Shown in pieces: positions 38,233 through 48,363 of a DNA stretch of 64,000 nucleotides. The stretch comes from Thermoleophilia bacterium (lineage in GTDB: Bacteria > Actinomycetota > Thermoleophilia > BMS3ABIN01): NCBI GenBank assembly GCA_014874175.1, contig JACWAD010000105.1, forward strand, positions 365 through 64,364. The letters are read 5' to 3'. The position numbers were made by a program, and so were the translations under genes. Every line of letters begins with the position of its first letter. Position 1 is the stretch's first letter. The notes beneath the pieces are model-generated. The model worked only from the letters and a program-made list of their open reading frames with translations, had not been told where the DNA came from and did not search any database.

Positions 38233-39624
38233 TCATTTCCCATGATAATCATTTTCGCCGGCGTCGGGTATTTTTCGGTCGGTTCGACCTGCCGGCGCCA
38301 AGTGGCTCCCTTTTGCCTCATCCCCCTGAAGCATCAGCTCATGCCGGCCGCCCAGCCGCTCGAGCGCCCGCTCGAACACCGCCGCCTCCGGACCGATCGC
38401 CACCGCTGCCAGTTTCTCGGGGCGGTAATACTGCCCCGCCAGCTCCATCACATCGGCAGCGGAAACGGCATCTATCCGCTCAATAATCTCATCAATGTCA
38501 AGAATCTCCGAGCCGGTCACTGTCAGCTTTCCCAGGCGGCTCATGCGGCTATGCGTTGTCTCCAGGCCCAGCACGAGGCGGCCTTTGGCGTTTTCCTTAG
38601 CGCGGTCAAGCTCATCGCTTTCCAGGGGGGTTTCCGCCAAGGAGCGAAGCTGGGCGGCGATGACGCCAGTCACTTCGGCCACGCTGTCGGCGCGGCAGCC
38701 AAAATAAACCCCGATAAGGCCCGTGTCGGAAAAATTGGTGGCATAGGAATAGACGGAATAGGCAAGACCCCGCTTCTCCCTCACTTCCTGGAACAGCCTG
38801 GAGCTGGCAGTTCCCCCCAGAACGGTGTCAAGGATAGAGAGTGCAAACCGCCGGGGCGAATGGCGGGACAGCCCGGCGCCGCCAAAGCAGACATGGTACT
38901 GCTGCGTTTCCTTGACGTGGAAACTGGCCTCGGCCTCGCCGGCCGGAGCCTCCGGCGGACTCAGCGTGACCGCCAGCGGCGGCGAGCCGTCCCCCGTGGC
39001 TAGGTTTGCGCGGGCCAACTCCACCAGCCGCTCATGTTCCACGTTGCCGGCTGAGGCGATGACCAGGTTGGGAAGCCTGTAATGGGCGCTGTGATACTCC
39101 CGGATCTGATCCGGCGTCATTGACCCGATGATTGCCGCAGCTCCCAGCACACTCTTCCCCAGCGGATGCTGGCCAAAAATCGCCCGGTTGAGATAGTCTG
39201 CAATCAGTTCCGCAGGCGAATCCTCATACATGGCGATCTCTTCCACCACCACCTGCCGCTCGGAGTCGATCTCGGCAAAAGCCGGGTTAAGGACCATGTC
39301 GGCTATCACGTCAAAAGCTTCCTCCAGGTGACGGTCCAGAAAGCGGGCATGCACGACAGTGTATTCGCGCGCCGTGGCCGCGTTGACCTCACCGCCGAAA
39401 GCGTCAAAGAGCTGGGCGATCTCAGTGGCCGCATAGCGTGAGCTGCCCTTGAAAAGCAGATGCTCGATGAAATGGCTGATGCCGCCCTGGCGCTCTTTTT
39501 CATAACGTGAGCCGGCGCCAATCCAGAACCCGAGCGAGACCGAGCGGACTGACTTCAGCTTCTCACTGACAACCCGTCCCCCGGCCGGCAACCTGTCGAG
39601 ACTATATTTTTGGATTGAGGTCAA
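38233..39624 (-). CDS. M16-family zinc peptidase (insulinase-like)
   Basis: HxxEH inverted zinc motif (HFIEHLLFKG). 463 aa. Confidence 0.85.
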   Translation of the reverse strand: MTSIQKYSLDRLPAGGRVVSEKLKSVRSVSLGFWIGAGSRYEKERQGGISHFIEHLLFKGSSRYAATEIAQLFDAFGGEVNAATAREYTVVHARFLDRHLEEAFDVIADMVLNPAFAEIDSERQVVVEEIAMYEDSPAELIADYLNRAIFGQHPLGKSVLGAAAIIGSMTPDQIREYHSAHYRLPNLVIASAGNVEHERLVELARANLATGDGSPPLAVTLSPPEAPAGEAEASFHVKETQQYHVCFGGAGLSRHSPRRFALSILDTVLGGTASSRLFQEVREKRGLAYSVYSYATNFSDTGLIGVYFGCRADSVAEVTGVIAAQLRSLAETPLESDELDRAKENAKGRLVLGLETTHSRMSRLGKLTVTGSEILDIDEIIERIDAVSAADVMELAGQYYRPEKLAAVAIGPEAAVFERALERLGGRHELMLQGDEAKGSHLAPAGRTDRKIPDAGENDYHGK

Positions 39625-41788
39625 TGACCTTGAGCCCGATGCGCTGTTTGCCGTGGTCCTCTTTCACGTCAACCACTTCCACCTCGACAATCTGTCCGCG
39701 CCTGACAATATCTTCTACCTTGTTAACGCGCTTGTCGGACAGATTGGAGATATGGATCAGCCCGTCCACACCCCGCTTGAGCTCCACGAAGGCGCCAAAG
39801 TCCGTGGTTTTTACGACCTTGCCGGTGTACCTGTCGCCTGCCTCGACCTCCTTGGTGAGCGCGTTTATGCGCTTGATGACGCCTTCGGCGCTGGCGCCCC
39901 CGGGGCTGGTGATGAAAACCGTGCCGTCTTCCTCTACGTCGATGGAGACATCAAACTCCTCCACCAGTCCCCGGATCGTCTCCCCGCCCTTGCCGATCAG
40001 AGCTCCGATCTTCTCCGGATTGATCTGGATGGTGAATATGCGCGGCGCGTACTCGGAAAGCTCCGCCCTTGGCTCTGGCATAACCTCGATCATCTTGTCA
40101 AGCACGAAATCCCGCCCCCTCTTTGCCTGCTCGAGCGCAGCCGCCATAATATCGGTCGTAATTCCCTCCTTGATCTTAAGGTCCATCTGAATGGCGGTAA
40201 CTCCCTTTTTGGTGCCTGCCACCTTGAAATCCATGTCGCCCAGATGGTCCTCGACACCGGCGATATCGGTCAGGATTACGTAACCCCGGTCAACTTCCTC
40301 AGAGCCGCACTCCAGGCAGCGGCGCAAAAATACGCCACTGGCCCCGCAGGAGCGGCAGGTGCTGTGGACGATCAGGCCGCAGGCGATGCCGCCCACCGGC
40401 GACGTGATCTTGACGCCCGCATCCATGAGCGCCAGGGTGGAGCCGCAGGTGCTTGCCATCGAGGACGATCCGTTGCTTTCCAGGATCTCGCTGACCAGGC
40501 GAATGGTGTAGGGAAAATCCTTCTCGTCCGGGATCATTGGCCGCAGTGCCTTTTCCGCCAGAGCGCCGTGACCGATGTCGCGCCGCTTGGGGCCACGCAT
40601 GAAACCCGTCTCGCCCACAGAGAAAGGCGGAAAGTTGTAATGATGAATGTAACGCTTGCTCTCTTCAAGCCCGAGGCCGTCGATACGCTGCTCGTCACCA
40701 ACTGCTCCCAGTGTCAGGAGCGTCATTGCCTGGGTCTGCCCCCGGGTGAAAAGAGCCGACCCATGTGTGCGGGGGGCAACGCCCACGGAGCAGCTGATTT
40801 CACGCACTTCTTCGGCTCCGCGGCCGTCAGGGCGCCGTTTTTCCAGCACGATGCTGCGGCGGATCACATCTTTCTCAACCTGCCTCACCAGCGAGGCTGC
40901 TTTACGCTCCAGTTCTTCACTGCCTTCGCCGAAAGCCAGCTGGGCCATGACATCGGCGCGGATTTTCTCAATCCGCTTGGCCCGCTCCAGCTTGTCCGTG
41001 ACCAGATTGGCTTCCTCGAGGGCGGACCGGCAAAGCAAATCAACCCTGGCCATCAGCTCCATGTCTGTTTTCGGCTCTTCGAATGACCATTTTCCCTTGC
41101 CGGCGGATTCGCGGAGCTCATCCTGCAACTGGCAGAGGCGTCGGATCGGCTCCCGCACCAGTTCAACCGCCTGCATGACCGCTTCCTCGCCCACCTCGTT
41201 GGCGCCGGCTTCCAGCATCAGAATGGAGTCAGCAGTGCCGGCGACAACCAGGTCCAGGTCGCACTCGGGCAACTGTAACTGCGGCAGAGTCGGGTTGACG
41301 ACCAGCTCTCCCGCAAGCCTCGCCACCCGGACCGCCGCAATCGGTCCCTGGAAAGGGACCTCGGAGATTGTCAGCGCCGCCGAGGCTCCATTGAGGGCCA
41401 GCACGTCGTAGGCGTTCTCCTGGTCAGTGGACAGAATCGTGGCAATCAGCTGAACCTCGTTGGCGAATCCTTTGGGGAAACGCGGCCGCACCGGCCTGTC
41501 AATTAGCCTGGCGGTCAGGATGGCCTTTTCGCTGGGGCGGGCCTCTCTTTTAATAAAGCCGCCGGGTATCTTGCCGGCGGCGTACATTCTTTCCTCGATA
41601 TCAACAGTGAGCGGGAAAAAATCAATGCCCTCCTTGGCCTCGGTTCTGGCCGTGGCCGTGACCAGCACCATCGTGTCGCCGCTACGAACCACGACGGCGC
41701 CGTTCGCCTGCCCGGCAAGACGGCCAGTCTCAAGCGAGATTGCCTTGCCATTTATGTCAACTTCCTTATTAATTATCAAGTTATTCAT
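39602..41788 (-). CDS. pnp: Polyribonucleotide nucleotidyltransferase (PNPase)
   Basis: Two RNase PH domains, KH and S1 C-terminal domains. 728 aa. rpsO immediately upstream. Confidence 0.97.
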   Translation of the reverse strand: MNNLIINKEVDINGKAISLETGRLAGQANGAVVVRSGDTMVLVTATARTEAKEGIDFFPLTVDIEERMYAAGKIPGGFIKREARPSEKAILTARLIDRPVRPRFPKGFANEVQLIATILSTDQENAYDVLALNGASAALTISEVPFQGPIAAVRVARLAGELVVNPTLPQLQLPECDLDLVVAGTADSILMLEAGANEVGEEAVMQAVELVREPIRRLCQLQDELRESAGKGKWSFEEPKTDMELMARVDLLCRSALEEANLVTDKLERAKRIEKIRADVMAQLAFGEGSEELERKAASLVRQVEKDVIRRSIVLEKRRPDGRGAEEVREISCSVGVAPRTHGSALFTRGQTQAMTLLTLGAVGDEQRIDGLGLEESKRYIHHYNFPPFSVGETGFMRGPKRRDIGHGALAEKALRPMIPDEKDFPYTIRLVSEILESNGSSSMASTCGSTLALMDAGVKITSPVGGIACGLIVHSTCRSCGASGVFLRRCLECGSEEVDRGYVILTDIAGVEDHLGDMDFKVAGTKKGVTAIQMDLKIKEGITTDIMAAALEQAKRGRDFVLDKMIEVMPEPRAELSEYAPRIFTIQINPEKIGALIGKGGETIRGLVEEFDVSIDVEEDGTVFITSPGGASAEGVIKRINALTKEVEAGDRYTGKVVKTTDFGAFVELKRGVDGLIHISNLSDKRVNKVEDIVRRGQIVEVEVVDVKEDHGKQRIGLKVIDLNPKI

Positions 41789-42108
41789 TCTCCTTAAAGT
41801 TCAAGATTGTGAGTTCCAAGTTCAGAGCTGTGAGCCAAATAGTTGTGAGCCAAATGTTTTTTCTTTAAACTTTGAACTTTGAATTAAAAAAACCACGGGC
41901 TTATACGCTCCCGTGGCTGCTCTAGGCTTAAGGCTCAAAATCCGCGCTTTTCCGGTCCGGCAACGGGCCGTTATTTTCTGTTTGCCAGCCGGATTTAATA
42001 ACAGGAATGCCGCAGATTCTCAGCCTCAGGCCTAGAGTTGGAGCTTTCCATGCTCGGCAGCGTTACGCCGGGTTGCGCCAAGAAGGTTTCTGAAAAGAAC
42101 CGCCCGCA

Positions 42109-42378
42109 TTATTTCCTCAGGCCCAGCTCCTTGACCAGGGCGCGGTAGCGGGTCACTTCCTTGTTTTGCAGATAGGTAAGCAAGCGGCGCCTTTTCCCCA
42201 CCATCTTCAACAATCCTCTGCGGGAGTGGTGATCCTTCTTGTGCGTCTTCAGGTGCTCCGTGAGGCCGTTGATGCGCTCTGTCAGAAGTGCTATCTGGAC
42301 TTCCGGAGAACCGGTATCACCCTCGTGGCTACTGAATTTCTCAATAACCTGGCCCTTGTTTTCCCTGCTTAAAGTCAA
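42109..42378 (-). CDS. rpsO: 30S ribosomal protein S15
   Basis: 89 aa, [26 protein letters not shown] is the S15 signature. Confidence 0.97.
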   Translation of the reverse strand: MTLSRENKGQVIEKFSSHEGDTGSPEVQIALLTERINGLTEHLKTHKKDHHSRRGLLKMVGKRRRLLTYLQNKEVTRYRALVKELGLRK

Positions 42379-42628
42379 TCCTTCACCTCCTCCCCAACCT
42401 GATTATTGCTTTGATGTGGCGGGTCGCCGTCACACAGGTACCGGCCCTGCGCGTCTCAAATGCCTTCCAAAGCTTACCACACTTTGGCTTTTTTTGGATA
42501 ACGGACAATCTTAAAGTCACTAATTCCACCTTTATTAATTAAAAAAAATGCCGATGAGAAATCCTGCCCGGCGTACATCGTGGCAAAAAGAATAAACTCA
42601 TGGCAAGTTACGCCACGGGGAGGCGAGC

Positions 42629-43735
42629 ATGGACACTTCGGCAGAAGCCGCTGCGGGCGCAGGCAGCCAATTTTCCATTCACAGGCTGATCTTCGAGATC
42701 GGGCCGGGGCTGCTGCTCTCGTTTGCCATTGCCCTGCCGGTTTACGAGATTTCCCGCATCAGCAGCTCCCTTGATCCGCTGGCTTTATCATTGATCCTGG
42801 GCATGGTGCTGGGGAACGTGCTGGGGCCGGCTGTGGCCCGTCAACCGGGAGTTGCCGCCGCCACTTCCATCTTCGTGCCCGCCGGCATAGTCCTCTACGG
42901 CTCGCGGCTTGATTTTCAGATCTTTGCCCAGCTTCCGGTTTTTTCGACCATGGCCGTCCTCGCCGCAGTGGCGTCTTTTTTCGTGGTCATGCTGGCAGGC
43001 AGCAAGCTTATGGGGGTTGACAAAAGCACCGGCCTGCTAATTGCTTCCGGCTCCGCCATCTGCGGCGCGGCAGCCATTGCCGTGCTCGCCCCGGTAGTGG
43101 GAGCCCGAAACCGCAATACCTCAGTGGCCCTGATTATCATTACGACAGTTGGCCTCACCGGCGCCTTGCTATATCCGCTGATTGGCGATTTCCTCTCCCT
43201 GCCGGTGGCAACCTATGGGTTCTTTTGCGGCTCCACCCTTCAGCAGATAGGCATTGTCAGGCTGGCAGCGGCGCACATGGGCAAGGAAGCGCTGGCGACC
43301 GCCGTGACCGTCAAGATGATAAGAATCTCCATGCTGGCGCCGGTCTCGATCATTCTGGGAGCGGCCGCATCGCTGAGAGTACCAGGCCGCAAAGAAAGAG
43401 GAGGAAGCAGAGCAGATCTTTTCGCAGGCCGTCCGGCCGGCGCCGCGGGCGGCGCCTGGCGCACCGGAGTCAGCCGCGCCTGGTTTCTGCCCCTGTTTGT
43501 GGCCGTGGCGGTCCTTTTTTCCTTCTTTCAGCCGGCGATTGGCATGAGGGAGCCGCTGAAGCCGCTGGCTTCGATCTGCATGTCAATGGCCCTGGCAAGC
43601 ATCGGCCTTACAGTAAATTTCCAGTCAATAAAGTCCGCCGGCTCGCGGCCGCTGTTTCTTGGATTTGCCGGCTGGGCCCTTGTTTTCATTTGTTTTCTGT
43701 TTGTGATGGTTCCGGCGTTCTCGCTGAGAGGCTAA
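42629..43735 (+). CDS. YeiH/UPF0324-family inner-membrane protein (putative sulfate-exporter family)
   Basis: About 10 TM helices, Gly-rich. 368 aa. Stop is 3 nt before the histidine-kinase start. Confidence 0.6.
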   Translation: MDTSAEAAAGAGSQFSIHRLIFEIGPGLLLSFAIALPVYEISRISSSLDPLALSLILGMVLGNVLGPAVARQPGVAAATSIFVPAGIVLYGSRLDFQIFAQLPVFSTMAVLAAVASFFVVMLAGSKLMGVDKSTGLLIASGSAICGAAAIAVLAPVVGARNRNTSVALIIITTVGLTGALLYPLIGDFLSLPVATYGFFCGSTLQQIGIVRLAAAHMGKEALATAVTVKMIRISMLAPVSIILGAAASLRVPGRKERGGSRADLFAGRPAGAAGGAWRTGVSRAWFLPLFVAVAVLFSFFQPAIGMREPLKPLASICMSMALASIGLTVNFQSIKSAGSRPLFLGFAGWALVFICFLFVMVPAFSLRG

Positions 43736-43738
43736 ACG

Positions 43739-45715
43739 ATGCTGCCGGTTCGCAATAAAAGGAAAAGCATCTTTCGCAAGACGGCGGTCGTCTTTGTGAT
43801 CGTGGCCCTCGTGCCCATTTCCATTATGGGGCTGCACGGATATCAATCGCAGGCGGACGAAATGCAGCATCTGGTTGATGCCGGGAAGGTAAAACCGCAG
43901 GAAAGCGCAAGCCTGCTTCGCTCAACCGAAATCCAAACGCTCGCCTATGCCGGTTACGGCCTGGTTGTGGCGCTGGTGCTCGGTTATTTCTTCGCCGCCA
44001 GCGTCGTCAGGCCGATCCGGGCTTTGCAGGCGGGAGCGCGCCGCATCGGCGGCGGCGACCTGGACTTCCGCGTCGAGACCGACACCGAGGATGAGCTGGA
44101 AGAGCTGGCTGCAACCTTAAACAGCATGGCCGCCGCGCAAAAGTCCCGCGAGGAGGAGATCAGGGCGCGCAGCCGCGAACTCGAGGTTCTCTACGAAATC
44201 TCGCACATGATGACGGAAACGCGGGACCAGGACGATCTCTTAAACAGTGCCCTGGCAAAAACTATTGCCATTACGGGGTCAGCAGCCGGCTGCGTGATGC
44301 TGGTTGATGAGAAAGGCAAGTTTAAACCAGCCATATCAAGAACATCGGACGAGACTGTGCCACTGCCCGGCCCTGCTATTTTCAGGCATATCGCCCGCCA
44401 GGCACAAACGGGCGGGACTGCCGTTTTTAGATACCCCGGCAAGAACAGGAATTACCCCTTTGGGGCTGTTGCCTGCGTGCCGCTGACATTTGAAACCAGG
44501 CTGCGGGGAACGCTGTGCCTCACCAGCGCCGGTGGCAGCTTCCCGCCCGAGACATTAAGAACAATATCGGCAATCGGCAGTGAGCTGGCCGTGGCCCTGG
44601 AAAATATGCGCCTGTTCAGGGAGATGGAGGCGCGCACCTGCGAGCTGAATCAGGCCACGGAGGAGATCGCCAGCCTCATATCGGAAGCAGAGTCGCAGAA
44701 GAGCTTCAGCACCAGGTATCATAACAATAGGCTTGTCAAGTGCTGGCAATTCAAGCATTGCCAGTTTAAGCAGTGCCCTGCATACGGCTCCGCAAGTCTG
44801 CGCTGCTGGCAGATAGCAGGCACCCACTGCTGCGGAAAGGTACAGGGAGTCTTTGCCCAGAAGCTGGGCCGCTGCGAAAAATGCGAGGTGTTCCAGCTTG
44901 CCTGCCCGGACAAAATAACTCTGCTCGGCGAAACTTTCAACAACATGATGGCTATCCTGGAGGAGCGCGTGCGTGAGCAGAAAGAGCTGCAACGGCGCCT
45001 TTACAAGTCCGCGAAACTGGCGGCCATTGGCGAGCTGGCGGCAGGCGTCGCCCACGAGATCAACAACCCGCTCACTGGGATCCTGGCCAGCGCCGTGCTG
45101 TTAAAATCAAAAACACGGCCCGGCGGAAGCTCTGAAAAAAATCTTTCCATGATCGAGAGCGAAGCGCTGCGGGCGCGCGATATCGTCCGCAACCTGCTCG
45201 ACTTCGCCCACATGGGAAACAAAATCAAACCCGAAGTTGTTTCGATAGGCAGCCTTGTTGAGCAGACGCTTTTCCTGATGCGGCACCAGACAGAAAAAGC
45301 CGGCGTCAGGGTCATGACCCGCCTGGACAATGACCTGCCACATTTGAGTCTTGACGCCAACCAGATGAAGCAGGTATTTATAAACATTATCCAGAACGCG
45401 GTACAGGCGATGCCCGGCGGCGGCGAGCTTGTCATAACTGCCTCCCAAACCGGCGGGGGCAGCGGCGGCGTCCGGATTGGCTTCAGCGATGATGGCATCG
45501 GGATGAACGATGGCCAGGTGGCGCGCATCTTCGATCCATTTTTTACCACCAAGCGCGTCGGCGAGGGCACGGGCCTGGGATTGTCGGTGTCACACCGTAT
45601 AGTCAGCGAGCACGGCGGAGAGATCAGGGTAAGATCGAAGCCGTCAAAGGGCTCCACGTTTACCGTTGTTTTACCCTCAAACAGTCGCCAGAAAGAGAGC
45701 CGGCAGGTAGCCTGA
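43739..45715 (+). CDS. Sensor histidine kinase: 2 TM segments, HAMP, GAF, then a Cys-rich insert, HisKA, HATPase_c. No cognate response regulator in the window.
   Basis: HAMP (GGGDLDFRVETD), GAF region, H-box AAGVAHEINNPL, N/G boxes (IIQNAVQAMPGGGEL, DDGIGM, GLGLSV). Roughly 60-aa insert carrying 11 Cys. Confidence 0.85.
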   Translation: MLPVRNKRKSIFRKTAVVFVIVALVPISIMGLHGYQSQADEMQHLVDAGKVKPQESASLLRSTEIQTLAYAGYGLVVALVLGYFFAASVVRPIRALQAGARRIGGGDLDFRVETDTEDELEELAATLNSMAAAQKSREEEIRARSRELEVLYEISHMMTETRDQDDLLNSALAKTIAITGSAAGCVMLVDEKGKFKPAISRTSDETVPLPGPAIFRHIARQAQTGGTAVFRYPGKNRNYPFGAVACVPLTFETRLRGTLCLTSAGGSFPPETLRTISAIGSELAVALENMRLFREMEARTCELNQATEEIASLISEAESQKSFSTRYHNNRLVKCWQFKHCQFKQCPAYGSASLRCWQIAGTHCCGKVQGVFAQKLGRCEKCEVFQLACPDKITLLGETFNNMMAILEERVREQKELQRRLYKSAKLAAIGELAAGVAHEINNPLTGILASAVLLKSKTRPGGSSEKNLSMIESEALRARDIVRNLLDFAHMGNKIKPEVVSIGSLVEQTLFLMRHQTEKAGVRVMTRLDNDLPHLSLDANQMKQVFINIIQNAVQAMPGGGELVITASQTGGGSGGVRIGFSDDGIGMNDGQVARIFDPFFTTKRVGEGTGLGLSVSHRIVSEHGGEIRVRSKPSKGSTFTVVLPSNSRQKESRQVA

Positions 45716-45720
45716 AGCGG

Positions 45721-46704
45721 TTAAATGCGGAATGCGGATGTACCCGCTCTTTTTTTCTGCTGGGCAGCAAATCCCTTGTAGCGGCGCGCGGCGCCTATGT
45801 CCTTTTTGATCTGTTTTACCAGTTCATCAGGATTATCAAATTTCATCTCGTCCCGCAAACGCTTGAGAAAATCAACGCGGACATTGAAGCCGTACAGGTT
45901 CCTGTCAAAATCGAGAATATGGGCTTCAATCCTTATCGTCTGTTTGACTTCCTCGTCTGTTGCGCAAAAAGTAGGATTATGGCCTACATTCACCAGGCAG
46001 GCGTAAGCATCATTGCCAATGTAAAGATCGGCTAGGTAAACGCCGCGGCCGGGGAAGATGCAGTCCATCAGGGCCTCGATGTTGGCCGTGCGCACGCCGA
46101 GCGTGCGGCCCCGCTTGTCGCCATGCACTACCTTGCCGTGCGTCGACGGCGGCCGGCCCAGAATGCCGCGCACCTCCTCCAGGCCGCCCGCGGCCAGCAG
46201 GTTGCGAATGCGGGTGGAAGAGATGGGCGCTCCGCCAGCAGTCACCAGGGGCACCGCCCTCACCTTCATGCCCGTTTTTTTCCCGAACTGCTTCAGAAAT
46301 GCGATGTCGCCTTCCGCCTTGAAGCCAAAGCGGAAATTGCTGCCGACAATGACCTCGATTGCCCCCAGGCTTGAGCCAAACAACAGCCGGCAGAACCGTT
46401 CCGGCGGCAGGCGGGAGAATTCTTTTGTAAAGGGGATAATGAGCAAATCATTAACGCCCAATTGACCAATCAGATCCGTCTTGATATTGAGCGGAGTCAG
46501 AATGGGCGGAGATTTAGCCGGCGCAATTACGGAAAGAGGAGAGGGGTTGAACGTAATCACCATGCTGCGGCAGCCCGCCCTGGCGGCAGCCTTTACGGCG
46601 TCCGAAATGATGCGCTGGTGGCCGACGTGGACGCCATCGAAATTCCCGATCGCTACAGTCCGCTTGCCCGGCGGCACTTCTTCCAGGGAGCGGTAAACTC
46701 TCAC
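45721..46704 (-). CDS. ribF: Bifunctional riboflavin kinase / FMN adenylyltransferase
   Basis: VAIGNFDGVHVGHQ N-terminus, C-terminal riboflavin-kinase domain. Confidence 0.93.
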   Translation of the reverse strand: MRVYRSLEEVPPGKRTVAIGNFDGVHVGHQRIISDAVKAAARAGCRSMVITFNPSPLSVIAPAKSPPILTPLNIKTDLIGQLGVNDLLIIPFTKEFSRLPPERFCRLLFGSSLGAIEVIVGSNFRFGFKAEGDIAFLKQFGKKTGMKVRAVPLVTAGGAPISSTRIRNLLAAGGLEEVRGILGRPPSTHGKVVHGDKRGRTLGVRTANIEALMDCIFPGRGVYLADLYIGNDAYACLVNVGHNPTFCATDEEVKQTIRIEAHILDFDRNLYGFNVRVDFLKRLRDEMKFDNPDELVKQIKKDIGAARRYKGFAAQQKKRAGTSAFRI

Positions 46705-47633
46705 GTCAGCATCACCTGAGGGCGGATCAGGCCTCCGCCGGCGGGACGGTAAACCGCGAGCAGGCTGCCGCCGCTGGCAAGCAGCACCGGGCCTGTCTCA
46801 TCGCCCTTTAAAAAACGGCCGTTAATTACGTCTCTGGTTTCACTTTCCTGGAGTTCTCTCACGGGAAGGAAATATAACGCACTCACCGGGGAAAGGAAAG
46901 GCAGGTTACGGCCGCTAAAAAGCTCTGCCGGCGGGAAAGTTGAGAGCCGCGCCAAAGTCGCGGCGTCCTTCACCCTGAAGCTGCCTATGGCAACCCGCCT
47001 GAGGGCGGCGGCGTATGCCCCCGAGCCGGTCGCCGAGCCGATGTCCTCGACCAGGGACCTGATGTACGTTCCCCCGCCGCATGTTACCGCCAGGCCGGCC
47101 TGCTGCTTCTTAAAATCAAATGAAACGAGCCTAAGCCTATGCACGGAAACCTGCCTGAGCGGCGTCTCCACCCGCTCTCCCATCCGCGCCAGGCGGTAAA
47201 GCCGGGCGCCTTTGTGCCTGACGGCTGAATACGCAGGCACGCGCTGAGCAATCCTGCCAGTGAAACGGGGGAGGACCGCCTTAAGCGCCCCTTCCGTCAC
47301 TGCGCCGTGCGCGGGGGTGATCTCCCCGGTGATGTCGCCCGTTGTTGATATTGCTCCAAATTGCGCCAGCACCCGGTATTCCTTGACCAGAGGAGCCAGC
47401 AAGTCAAAGAAACGGGTCGCCCTGCCCGCCAGGATAATAAGCAACCCGCTGGCAAAAGGATCAAGCGTGCCCGCATGGCCCACGCGGCGGACGCAGGCTG
47501 CGCGCCTCACTGCCGCTACCGCATCATGCGACGTGATGCCTGCCTGCTTGTCAAGAAGCAGAACACCGCAGACAGATTCGCCCGCCCGCTTTTCCTGCCC
47601 GGCCCGCACTAGTCTCTCTGTGCTTCCCGCCAT
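46701..47633 (-). CDS. truB: tRNA pseudouridine(55) synthase
   Basis: GVLLLDKQAGITSHD...GHAGTLDP catalytic-Asp motif. Confidence 0.93.
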   Translation of the reverse strand: MAGSTERLVRAGQEKRAGESVCGVLLLDKQAGITSHDAVAAVRRAACVRRVGHAGTLDPFASGLLIILAGRATRFFDLLAPLVKEYRVLAQFGAISTTGDITGEITPAHGAVTEGALKAVLPRFTGRIAQRVPAYSAVRHKGARLYRLARMGERVETPLRQVSVHRLRLVSFDFKKQQAGLAVTCGGGTYIRSLVEDIGSATGSGAYAAALRRVAIGSFRVKDAATLARLSTFPPAELFSGRNLPFLSPVSALYFLPVRELQESETRDVINGRFLKGDETGPVLLASGGSLLAVYRPAGGGLIRPQVMLT

Positions 47634-48029
47634 CTAATCTTCGCCTTCCATTTCCCTGAGCAACCTGTCAATGCGGAAACCGTAATCAATGCTTTCATCA
47701 TGGACGAAGGCAAGCAGCGGCGTCCGTTTCAGGGCCAACTCCTTGCCGATCAGCGCCTGCAAGTAGCCGCGGGAGCGCTCCAGGCCTGCCAGCGTCTCTT
47801 GCCGGACATGCTCGTCGCCAAGCACGCTAACGTATACCCTCGCTGACCTTAAATCAGCAGATGTATCAACAGAAGTAACTGTTACGAAACCAATACGCGG
47901 ATCCTTGAGGCCCTCAGCGACGGCTTCACTGAGCACTTCCCGGATGGCTTCGTTGACGCGCCTCATTCTTTTTACGCTCATGTCTTTCTCCGTGAATATC
48001 AAACCGCCGCGCAGGGGCAACTCATCCAC
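47634..48029 (-). CDS. rbfA: Ribosome-binding factor A
   Basis: RMRRVNEAIREVLSE...VTSVDTSADLRSARVYVSV. Confidence 0.9.
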   Translation of the reverse strand: MDELPLRGGLIFTEKDMSVKRMRRVNEAIREVLSEAVAEGLKDPRIGFVTVTSVDTSADLRSARVYVSVLGDEHVRQETLAGLERSRGYLQALIGKELALKRTPLLAFVHDESIDYGFRIDRLLREMEGED

Positions 48030-48363
48030 TCCCCGGCACCTTTATTATCTCCCGGTCGACGCCTGCCAGGTCGAGTCCGCGGCTCTCGATGAGACGCTCT
48101 GCCCGGTCCAGGGCACGGTTGATTTCCGGAAATGAAGGGGAGCAAACGGACACCACCAGGCGGGAGCGTTGCCAGAGGTCATGGTAACCAGTTTCGGCAA
48201 CGGAGGCTCCCAACTGCCGGGCCATACGGGCCTTTAAGCTGCGGAGGAACTGGCGCTTGTCCTTGAGAGACCCGTTTTCGGGAAAATGGATATCCGCCGC
48301 CAGGATGCCGACGTAGCCATCAGCCCGGTTTGACTTCTTTCGTCTCGTAGAATTCGAGGACAT
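48022..48363 (-). CDS. DUF503 (YlxP-like) protein
   Basis: Conserved position between infB and rbfA. About 100 aa. Confidence 0.6.
   Translation of the reverse strand: MSSNSTRRKKSNRADGYVGILAADIHFPENGSLKDKRQFLRSLKARMARQLGASVAETGYHDLWQRSRLVVSVCSPSFPEINRALDRAERLIESRGLDLAGVDREIIKVPGSG

Noticed and set aside
37573-39003. Long plus-strand ORFs antisense to real genes (37573..39003, 39653..41086, 11981..12982, 32004..33032, 57512..58396, 797..1441, 1996..2634 and others)
   Set aside because: Typical high-GC antisense open frames. Their translations are low-complexity and Arg/Pro/Ala-rich without domain signatures, while the opposite strand encodes well-conserved proteins (M16 peptidase, pnp, murB, hdrA, GH3, cbiA, rluD).
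45716-45736. AAATGCG GAATGCG GATGTAC heptad-like stretch at the HK/ribF junction
   Set aside because: Lies inside the ribF C-terminal codons (…TSAFRI*). Treated as coincidental rather than part of the intergenic repeat family.
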